A stretch of DNA of 64,000 nucleotides from Bryobacteraceae bacterium (lineage in GTDB: Bacteria > Acidobacteriota > Terriglobia > Bryobacterales > Bryobacteraceae), in NCBI GenBank assembly GCA_031367405.1, contig JANLPT010000361.1:973-64972 (forward strand). The letters run 5' to 3'. Shown here piece after piece: positions 57,069 through 64,000 of the stretch (positions are counted from its first letter, which is position 1; every line of letters starts with the position of its first letter). The position numbers and the translations under genes are program-made. The notes beneath the pieces are model-generated. The model saw only the letters and a program-made list of their open reading frames with translations. It had not been told where the DNA came from and ran no database searches.

Positions 57069-57428
57069 TTAATTTTTGCCGCTGTCGCCGGACGTCAGCA
57101 CCATGCGCAAGGCCCAGTTGACGATGCTCAGGCAGACCGAACCGATCAGCGCCGTGACGAACGTGTCAATCCGGAAACCCGTCACGAAGTATGTGGCAAT
57201 CCACAACATAATGGCATTGATCACCAGCGAAAGCAGCCCCAGTGTCAGCAGGCGTAACGGAAAAGTCACCAGCTTCACCAGAAGGCCGAGTGTCCCGTTG
57301 ATGAAGCCGATCACGACGGCGGCAATCAGCGCCGTGACGAAAGTGTCGACATGAAAGCCGGGCACAAAATAGGCGACAACCAGAAGGCTGATGGCGCTAG
57401 CAAGCCAACCCAGCAATAAATTCAACAT
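57069..57428 (-). CDS. Phage-holin-family-IV-like 4-TM membrane protein
   Basis: 119 aa from ATG 57428. Internal duplication GF(H/R)(V/I)DTFVTALI occurs twice. Confidence 0.7.
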   Translation of the reverse strand: MLNLLLGWLASAISLLVVAYFVPGFHVDTFVTALIAAVVIGFINGTLGLLVKLVTFPLRLLTLGLLSLVINAIMLWIATYFVTGFRIDTFVTALIGSVCLSIVNWALRMVLTSGDSGKN

Positions 57429-57486
57429 GCGCTCATCATAGCGCGTTGCCTTCAATAGAGTCGGCCAGCGCGGTACGCTCGGAATT

Positions 57487-58758
57487 ATGCGATTTCTGAT
57501 GCTCCTTTCGGCCATCTCCCTGTTCGCGGATACGCGGACCTTGACGCTGTCGCAAGCCGTGGATCTGGCGCTCCAACAAAGTCCGGATCTGGTGCTGGCG
57601 CGTTTGGATGAAGTGAAAGCGAACCAAGCCGTCCGCGCGGCGCGCGACCCGTTCATCCCCAAGATCTACGTGGGCAGCGGCCTCGCCTACACCTACGGCT
57701 TTCCGATGAGCATCGATGGGTCAGCTCCGTCGATCGTCCAGGCGCGGGCCGCCGCATCGATTTATGACAAAACCAAGAGCATCAAGCTGGCTGAGGAACG
57801 GGAGAACGCGCGGACGGCGAAGTTGACCGCTGACGGCCGCCGGGAAGAAGTGGTGGAGCGGGTGGCCACCGCGTATCTCGACGCTGACCGCGCCGCGCGG
57901 CTGGCCCGAGTCGCCACCAAGCAGGTCGACGCTTTGACCCAGGTACTCGATGCAACCAAGGCCAAGGTGACCGAAGGGCGCGCCATTCGGCTGGACGAAA
58001 TGCGGGCCGAGCTGGATCGCGAACGGGCCAGGGAACGCGCCCGCTTGCTCGAAAGCGATGCGCGCTTTGCACAAACCCAACTCTCCTTGCTGGTGGGCGG
58101 CAGCGCCGACGATCGCATTGAAACCAGCGTGGAACTGGCCCCGATCACCGGCCTGCCCGGCTCTGAAGCGGAGGCCGTGAAACAGGCGCTCGACAGCTCA
58201 AACGAGTTGAAAAGGCTGCAATCGAGTCTGCTGGCGCAGGGCTTCAGTTTGCAAACCGAGCGGGCGGCGCGGCTGCCGAAAATCGAATTGGTGGCCCAGT
58301 ACGGACTGTTCGCTAAGTTCAATCACTTCGAAGACTACTTCAATCGCTTCCAACGCAACAATGGCCAATTGGGCATGTCGTTCCAACTGCCGGTGTTGGG
58401 GGGTACGGCGGCTTCGGCGGCCACCGCCACCGCGCAGGCCGAAGTAAGCCGCTTGCGGACCGAAGTGGGCCGTGTGCGCAATCGCACCAGCTACGAAACT
58501 CAGCGCGCTTACCAAGCCGTCACCAACGCGACGCGAGGCCGTGAATTGGCGCGCATGGAGCTGGATCTGCAACGCGAGAACGTCGCCGTCACATTGGCCC
58601 GCCAGGAGAGCGGCCGCGCGACCTTGGCCGAAGTTGAACAGGCGCGTTTCAACGAAGGCGAACGCTGGATCGGCTATTACGATGCGCAGCATCAACTGGA
58701 GCGGGCGAAGGTGGCCTTACTGCGCTGGTCCGGTGCCTTGTTAGTCGCGTTACGATGA
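57487..58758 (+). CDS. TolC-family outer-membrane efflux protein
   Basis: Signal peptide, LTLSQAVDLALQQSPDL, and two repeats of the OEP helical/beta motifs. Confidence 0.88.
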   Translation: MRFLMLLSAISLFADTRTLTLSQAVDLALQQSPDLVLARLDEVKANQAVRAARDPFIPKIYVGSGLAYTYGFPMSIDGSAPSIVQARAAASIYDKTKSIKLAEERENARTAKLTADGRREEVVERVATAYLDADRAARLARVATKQVDALTQVLDATKAKVTEGRAIRLDEMRAELDRERARERARLLESDARFAQTQLSLLVGGSADDRIETSVELAPITGLPGSEAEAVKQALDSSNELKRLQSSLLAQGFSLQTERAARLPKIELVAQYGLFAKFNHFEDYFNRFQRNNGQLGMSFQLPVLGGTAASAATATAQAEVSRLRTEVGRVRNRTSYETQRAYQAVTNATRGRELARMELDLQRENVAVTLARQESGRATLAEVEQARFNEGERWIGYYDAQHQLERAKVALLRWSGALLVALR

Positions 58759-59837
58759 GCGTTATGCCGAAATTGATCTTCGACGCTCACCTGGACCTTT
58801 CCATGAACGCCATGGAATGGAACCGGGACATTCGTTTGCCGCAAGTGGAGATCCGCCGTCGCGAGTTGGGCATGAAAGATCTGCCCGACCGCACCCGCAA
58901 CACGGTCTGCCTGCCCGAAATGCGCCGGGGCCGCATCGGCCTTTGCGTCGCCACCCAGATTGCGCGCTTCTCGGCGCGCTTCAGCAATCTGCCGGGCTGG
59001 CGCAGTCCGGAACAGGCCTGGGCGCAGACGCAAGGCCAGCTCGCCTGGTATCGCGCGATGGAAGAGTGTGGCGAATTGGTGCAGCTGCGTACTTGGCCGG
59101 AGGTGGAGGCGCATGCCAACCTCTGGCGCGAGACGACGACGTGCAACTTACCCATCGGCTACTTACTCAGCCTCGAGGGCGCGGACTCCATCTTGAGTTG
59201 GCGGCATCTGGAAAAATCGCGGGCCGATGGCCTCATCGCCATGGGCCCCGTCCACTATGGCCCGGGTATCTACGGGCACGGCACGGACGACCAAGGTCCA
59301 CTTACACCGAAAGGCCGTGAGTTACTCAAGGAAATGGAACGGCTGGGCATCATTCTCGATGTTACTCATCTTTGCGACGAGAGCTTCTGGGACGCGCTCG
59401 GACATTTCCATGGCCCCGTCTGGGCCAGCCACCATAATTGCCGCGCGCTGGCCGATTGGAATCGTCAACTCGCCGACGACCAGATCAAGGCATTGGTGGA
59501 GCGGGGTGCCGTCATCGGGATGGCCTTCGACGCCATCATGATGGTGCATGGCTGGACCCATAAACGCTCCACGCCGCAGGACTTCGGCTTGAAGATGGAG
59601 AAAATCTGCGAGCACATTGACCATATCTGCCAGATCGCCGGCGATGCCCGCCATGTCGGCATCGGCACGGACCTGGACGGCGGCTACGGCACCGAGCAAA
59701 CGCCAATGGACCTGGATAGTATCGCTGACCTCACCACGCTCGCCGCCCCGCTCGCCCAACGCGGTTACACCAGCGAAGACATCGACGGCTTCTACCAAGG
59801 CAACTTTCTGCGCTTCCTTAAAGAGCACTTGGCGTGA
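58755..59837 (+). CDS. M19-family membrane dipeptidase-like protein
   Basis: IFDAHLDLSMNA..., LSLEGAD, DVTHL and GIGTDLDGG motifs. The ATG overlaps the tolC stop (ATGA). Confidence 0.85.
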   Translation: MSVMPKLIFDAHLDLSMNAMEWNRDIRLPQVEIRRRELGMKDLPDRTRNTVCLPEMRRGRIGLCVATQIARFSARFSNLPGWRSPEQAWAQTQGQLAWYRAMEECGELVQLRTWPEVEAHANLWRETTTCNLPIGYLLSLEGADSILSWRHLEKSRADGLIAMGPVHYGPGIYGHGTDDQGPLTPKGRELLKEMERLGIILDVTHLCDESFWDALGHFHGPVWASHHNCRALADWNRQLADDQIKALVERGAVIGMAFDAIMMVHGWTHKRSTPQDFGLKMEKICEHIDHICQIAGDARHVGIGTDLDGGYGTEQTPMDLDSIADLTTLAAPLAQRGYTSEDIDGFYQGNFLRFLKEHLA

Positions 59838-61123
59838 GGCCAACCAGCGTTCGCTACGCCGTCTTGGGCGTCGCCACCGCCAACGCCTTCATCCTCTATC
59901 TAGACCGCGTTTGCATGGGCGCGGTGGTCCAATCGGTGAGCTTTCAGCGAGAGCTCGGGCTGGGCAAGGACCGTATTGGCGACGTACTCGCGGTGTTTTT
60001 CTTCGCCTATGCGATCGGGCAAACGCCGGCCGGTTACCTGGCCGACCGTTTCGGGCCCCGGCGCATGTTAGTCACTTACATTTTGCTATGGTCAATTTGT
60101 ACCGCGCTAACTGGCTTTGTCGGCGGCATGGTTGGCCTGATCGTCGTGCGCTCCGCTTGCGGACTCGCCGAAGCCGGTGCCTATCCCGCCAGCAGTCTTT
60201 TAGTCACTCGCTGGTTCCCTTTCGCCCAACGCGGACGCGCCAATAGCGTCGTCGCTTTCGGGGGCCGCACCGGTAACTCACTCGCGCTTTGGCTCACCGC
60301 CGGGGCAATCGCCGCCCTCGGCTCCTGGCGGCCCGTGTTGTGGATCTATGGTGCCATCGGCCTTGCCCTCGCCCTGGCCACCCTGATCGTCTTTCGCGAC
60401 GACCCTGCCACGCACCCGTGGGCCAACGAAGCCGAACGCGAGTTGATCCGCCGCGATGCCCCGCCCGTCAAAGCGCTCCGCCGCAAGTCACCCTGGCTCG
60501 CCCTGGTCCGCCACCGCGGACTTTGGTTCTTAAACCTCGGCACCATCGGCATGAACATCGGCTGGGCCTTCCTGATCACGTGGCTGCCCACTTACTTGCA
60601 GGAAGTGCGCGGGCTTGACCCGATCACCGCCAGCCGTTACGTCTCCATTGCCTTGGCCTGTAGCCTGGGCGGCGTGCTGTTCGGTGGCTGGTGGTGCGAC
60701 GTGCTCACCCGCCGCTTCGGACGCACCTGGGGCCGGCGTTTGCCGTTCCTGACGGGCAGTTCTGTGGCGATGGCCGCCTACTTACTCTGTCCCCTGCTGG
60801 GCACCCCCATTGCGGTGGCTGTAGCTTGTGGCATCGTCGCTTTCGCCACCGATAGCATGGTACCCGCAGTGTGGGCGCTGGCCCAGGATATTGGCGGGAC
60901 ACACGTCGCGTCGACCTTGGCGTGGAGTAACATGTGGGGCAACTTCGGCGCTTCCGCCATCGCAAAATTGATCCCTTTTATCCTCGCTACTTCACTGCAC
61001 TTTACTGACTGGCGCGAGATCTTCTGGTTGTGCGCCGGCGGCTTCGCCCTGCTCGGCGTTGCCGCCATGCTGGTGGATAGCGCGAAGCCACTTACCGATT
61101 CTCATCCCGCAGCTCCGCGCTAA
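59834..61123 (+). CDS. MFS transporter (anion:cation symporter-like), GTG start
   Basis: 429 aa with 12 TM helices, YLADRFGPRR and GLAEAGAYPA motifs. GTGA overlap with the dipeptidase stop. Confidence 0.85.
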   Translation: MRPTSVRYAVLGVATANAFILYLDRVCMGAVVQSVSFQRELGLGKDRIGDVLAVFFFAYAIGQTPAGYLADRFGPRRMLVTYILLWSICTALTGFVGGMVGLIVVRSACGLAEAGAYPASSLLVTRWFPFAQRGRANSVVAFGGRTGNSLALWLTAGAIAALGSWRPVLWIYGAIGLALALATLIVFRDDPATHPWANEAERELIRRDAPPVKALRRKSPWLALVRHRGLWFLNLGTIGMNIGWAFLITWLPTYLQEVRGLDPITASRYVSIALACSLGGVLFGGWWCDVLTRRFGRTWGRRLPFLTGSSVAMAAYLLCPLLGTPIAVAVACGIVAFATDSMVPAVWALAQDIGGTHVASTLAWSNMWGNFGASAIAKLIPFILATSLHFTDWREIFWLCAGGFALLGVAAMLVDSAKPLTDSHPAAPR

Positions 61124-61143
61124 ACTCAAAGCTACTGCCATCT

Positions 61144-61938
61144 ATGCCTTGGATGAAATTTGAAATTTCCGCAATCTGGACGGTGATGGTGGTGGCATTC
61201 CTCGTCCTGGCAATCTGGGAAGGCGCACGGCCCCGGCGGCAGTTATCGATGCCCGCCGAGCGGCGTTGGGGACGTAGTGGTTTGTTACTGGTGGTGGGCG
61301 GCGTCTTTCAGGCGGTTGCCTTCCGGATCAGCCCGGTTGTCTTCGCCGCCACCGTCATTCACCGCCCGTGGGGTCTTCTGAACCGGCCCGATCTTCCGTT
61401 CGCCGTCCAGTTTGCCGCCGCCATTCTGCTGCTCGATCTCGTCCACTACCTCGGCCACCGGCTCTTTCATTCCGTCGGCGTTCTGTGGCGCATCCATGAA
61501 GTGCATCACTCCGATGTGGATTATGACGTCTCGACCGCTGCCCGCTTTCATCCGCTCGAAATTATCGGGGCCAAAGCCTTCTACTTAGGCGGCATCCTAC
61601 TCTTGGCACCGCCCCTGTCCGCCGTCTTCGCCGCGGAGTTACATACGGCTTTGCTGAATGTATTTGCCCACGCCAACGTCGCTTTGCCAACCCCCGTCGA
61701 GCGCTGGTTGCGCTGGGCGATCATTACACCGGACCTTCATCGCATTCACCATTCTGAAGACGTGGCCGACCAGAATCGTAACTTCGGCCAGACCTTTATT
61801 TGGTGGGATCGTCTCTTCGGAACTTATCTGCCCCGCTCAATTTCCGGCAACGAAGGCGTGGCCACTGGAGTTCGCGGCGTTTCTGGTGACGCGGGCGTCG
61901 TCGCCCTAATCACCCGGCCATTTCAGCGCCGTTCATAA
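61144..61938 (+). CDS. Fatty-acid hydroxylase / sterol desaturase superfamily membrane protein
   Basis: Histidine boxes HYLGHRLFH, HEVHH and HRIHHS. Confidence 0.88.
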   Translation: MPWMKFEISAIWTVMVVAFLVLAIWEGARPRRQLSMPAERRWGRSGLLLVVGGVFQAVAFRISPVVFAATVIHRPWGLLNRPDLPFAVQFAAAILLLDLVHYLGHRLFHSVGVLWRIHEVHHSDVDYDVSTAARFHPLEIIGAKAFYLGGILLLAPPLSAVFAAELHTALLNVFAHANVALPTPVERWLRWAIITPDLHRIHHSEDVADQNRNFGQTFIWWDRLFGTYLPRSISGNEGVATGVRGVSGDAGVVALITRPFQRRS

Positions 61939-61941
61939 AAA

Positions 61942-61972
61942 ACGGGCCGCTGGCCCGAAGGCAGCGGCCCGT
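61942..61972 (-). terminator. Rho-independent terminator for the minus-strand mini-gene (also between convergent genes)
   Basis: CGGGCCGCTGGCC-CGAA-GGCAGCGGCCCG is a GC-rich stem. On the minus strand it is followed by TTTTT (plus-strand AAAAA at 61937-61941). Confidence 0.8.
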
Positions 61973-61989
61973 CGAATATTGGCCACTTA

Positions 61990-62148
61990 CTACTTCTTGC
62001 CGCGCCGGCTACGGAGCACCAGCATGCCCCCTGAAAGCAGCGCTAAAGCCGCCGCACCGGTTGACGCGTCAATCTCGGGAACCGTACCCGCGAAAGCTGC
62101 TCCGCCCATGCCAAAAAACATCATTAACAAACCAACTGATTTCTTCAT
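61990..62148 (-). CDS. 52-aa mini-protein: signal peptide plus VPEID/PEP-CTERM-like sorting tail
   Basis: My translation: MKKSVGLLMMFFGMGGAAFAGTVPEIDASTGAAALALLSGGMLVLRSRRGKK*. Paralogous to 62225-62389, with mostly synonymous differences between them. Confidence 0.8.
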   Translation of the reverse strand: MKKSVGLLMMFFGMGGAAFAGTVPEIDASTGAAALALLSGGMLVLRSRRGKK

Positions 62149-62224
62149 GTCAAGAACGTACCACACGCCTCATCGACAATCCATACCCCCAACCTGGGGA
62201 AAGGAGTGGTGTAGATAGGGGTAC

Positions 62225-62389
62225 TTACTTCTGGTTACGACGGCTTCGAAGCACCAACATGCCGCCCGATAAAAGCGCGAGCGCCGACGCGCCCGTCGAC
62301 GCGTCAATTTCCGGTGCCGGAAACGGGGTGCCGAACGCCGACCCAGCCACGCCCATCAAAACCATTGCCAAACCAAGGAATTTCGTCAT
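62225..62389 (-). CDS. 54-aa mini-protein: signal peptide plus (A)PEID/PEP-CTERM-like sorting tail
   Basis: My translation: MTKFLGLAMVLMGVAGSAFGTPFPAPEIDASTGASALALLSGGMLVLRSRRNQK*. Confidence 0.8.
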   Translation of the reverse strand: MTKFLGLAMVLMGVAGSAFGTPFPAPEIDASTGASALALLSGGMLVLRSRRNQK

Positions 62390-62495
62390 GCGAGAAAAGT
62401 AGCATGGGCTCGATTGCCCCTGCCATGCCCTTCAGCGCGAGAAAATACCATAACCAATAGACCTTTAGTAATGCCTGGCAACGACCCGGCCGTGC

Positions 62496-63377
62496 TCAAT
62501 TCATCAGCCAGATTCCGGCGGGCACCAACACTGCTGCGGCTAAGGTCCACACGGTGATCGCCTCGCCTTGAAAAACGGCGCTCAGCACCACGGCGAACAC
62601 CGGCACCAAATTCAAGTAAGCTCCGGCGCGTGCGGGGCCCAGGGCGTACACCGCATCCATGTACCACAGGAACGCGAGCGACGTGCCCATCACCCCGAGA
62701 AACGCCAGCGCCAGCCACACCTTCAAAGGCCATACGCCAGCCGGTGCGGGGGGCGACAACGCCGCATCCAAAACAAAGATCAACGCCGCGCCCAGCAACG
62801 TGGAATAGCCCGTGGCGGCCACCGGTGAAGAGCCCGCAATCGCCGGCCGGCCCGCCAAAGTATACACGCTCCAGCCAATCACGCAGCCGCAGATTACCAG
62901 GTCCCCCAAGCCCACACCGCCGGAGGCGAAAGCGGCAAAGTTCCCCTGCGTCAGCGCGAGCGCCGCTCCCGTGAACGCGACCAACACCGCGAGAATCCGG
63001 CGGCCGGTGAGTCGCTCGCCCATCAATAGCCCCGCGAGCAGCAACATTGACGGATTGGTTGCCACGATGAGCGAAGCCCGGCCGGCGGGGATAAATCGCA
63101 GGCCGTAAAAGAAGCAGACGTTGTAGAGGACAATCCCGAAAAGCGCCATCACGGCCATCGGCAACCAGACGCGTCCACGCGGCACGGGTTCCCGCCGTAC
63201 CAGCAGCAGTACTAAGAGTCCGAGCGCGCCGAAGAAAAAGCGCCCGCTCGCCGCGTGCAAAGGCGCGATCCCCTGTTGCGCCACGATGCGCCCGGCCAGC
63301 CACGAGCCGGCCCAGATCACCGACGCGGCAATTACTTTGAAAGCGGGAGACACCAGTGGGAACCTCCAGTGTCGCAT
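62496..63377 (-). CDS. EamA-family (DMT superfamily) transporter
   Basis: 293 aa, 10 TM helices, two EamA repeats. Confidence 0.85.
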   Translation of the reverse strand: MRHWRFPLVSPAFKVIAASVIWAGSWLAGRIVAQQGIAPLHAASGRFFFGALGLLVLLLVRREPVPRGRVWLPMAVMALFGIVLYNVCFFYGLRFIPAGRASLIVATNPSMLLLAGLLMGERLTGRRILAVLVAFTGAALALTQGNFAAFASGGVGLGDLVICGCVIGWSVYTLAGRPAIAGSSPVAATGYSTLLGAALIFVLDAALSPPAPAGVWPLKVWLALAFLGVMGTSLAFLWYMDAVYALGPARAGAYLNLVPVFAVVLSAVFQGEAITVWTLAAAVLVPAGIWLMN

Positions 63378-63413
63378 CCCGGCTGGCGGGGTTACTGTAT
63401 TACAGGAGACTGC

Positions 63414-64000
63414 ATGGCGAACATCAAGATCAGCGACAAACTCGGCGTCACCCTTTTGACCACCCCTTCCGGCCCCGGCTCAGGGATTTCCAAATACTTC
63501 ACCGGCAACACGGCGGCCTTTGTGGCTTCGGCGCAATTGGCAACCGCTCTCAACAAGCCCGTGGGCTCTTTGACCGCCGCGCCCCTGGGCCTCGGCATGA
63601 CCTTCGCCAGCGACGGAACTTTCGGTACCACCGGCGTGGAATGGCAGTTTTCAGCGGGTGCCCAGGTCACCGTCCAGGCGACGCAAGCCGCGAACCAAGT
63701 GCCTGGCGACGACGTCTTTCAAAACCCCATTACCGTCGAAGCCGGAAAGACACTGGTGGCGGCCACCTTCACGCCCTCACTCTCCGTGGGCTTGTCGGAA
63801 GGCATTGGCAACCTGCAGTTCGGCTTCACTGCGGGGGGCTCCGTCGCCTTTCGCGCCGGACGTCTCATTGACCTTGCCGGCGGTGCCGGACCCAAGCTCG
63901 GCGAGGCCCTGCAATCGTTGCTCTCCAGCGCCATCGTCCCGGCCAATGTGCTCGACCTGGCCACCATGCTGGAAGGCGACCTCGGATCGGTGAGCGGCGC
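63414..64000 (+). CDS. Hypothetical protein, N-terminal part (runs off the window)
   Basis: ATG at 63414 lies 4 nt after AGGAGA. The frame is open for 195 codons to the window end (MANIKISDKLGVTLLTTPSGPGSG...). It is absent from the ORF track because no stop is reached. No family recognised. Confidence 0.65.
   Translation, partial: MANIKISDKLGVTLLTTPSGPGSGISKYFTGNTAAFVASAQLATALNKPVGSLTAAPLGLGMTFASDGTFGTTGVEWQFSAGAQVTVQATQAANQVPGDDVFQNPITVEAGKTLVAATFTPSLSVGLSEGIGNLQFGFTAGGSVAFRAGRLIDLAGGAGPKLGEALQSLLSSAIVPANVLDLATMLEGDLGSVSG

Noticed and set aside
62149-62163. Sigma-54-like TGGTAC-N5-TTGA immediately upstream of mini-gene 1 (minus strand)
   Set aside because: The spacing is off by one, the conserved -12 GC is absent, and the motif abuts the ATG leaving no leader.
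61979-62402. Plus-strand ORFs of 79 aa and 113 aa
   Set aside because: They are antisense shadows of the two mini-genes. The minus-strand frames show paralog conservation with a synonymous-substitution pattern and a proper terminator.
62386-63303. 305-aa minus-strand ORF
   Set aside because: It is an alternative frame of the EamA transporter gene. It is Arg/Gly-rich and not membrane-like.

Overview
High-GC chromosomal segment that looks acidobacterial (Solibacter/Bryobacter-like). The pointers are a CarboxypepD_reg-type TonB receptor, a VWFA-related acidobacterial-type protein, an acidobacterial-type PadR with a membrane partner, and an NHL-repeat protein with a Solibacter-type C-terminal domain. 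All family names are recalled from memory; no searches were run. About 60 protein genes are packed tightly, many with overlapping stop/start codons. They include two-component and Ser/Thr-kinase signalling, lpxA/lpxD, a fused moaD-moaE, indolepyruvate:ferredoxin oxidoreductase, mlaEFD, ribH-nusB, several alpha/beta hydrolases, transporters, a TonB receptor and TolC. No rRNA, tRNA or CRISPR was seen. Features absent from the ORF track, found by reading the sequence: (1) two tandem 52/54-aa minus-strand genes, each only a signal peptide plus a PEP-CTERM-like (VPEID-type) exosortase sorting tail, clearly under purifying selection; (2) a dispersed REP-like palindromic element with four copies or half-copies; (3) a decayed vapBC-like pair whose PIN toxin stops after 11 codons at a (CTAG)3 six-frame stop, next to an intact AbrB/RelE-like pair and an IS3 transposase relic; (4) a 51-aa DUF2256 gene coupled to a truncated photolyase-related stub; (5) frameshifted or decayed genes (DUF362, a beta-propeller fragment); (6) a long near-perfect hairpin in the leader of the response-regulator/kinase operon. 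I found no clear multi-gene defence-type system. The mini-protein pair is the best candidate for something undescribed.
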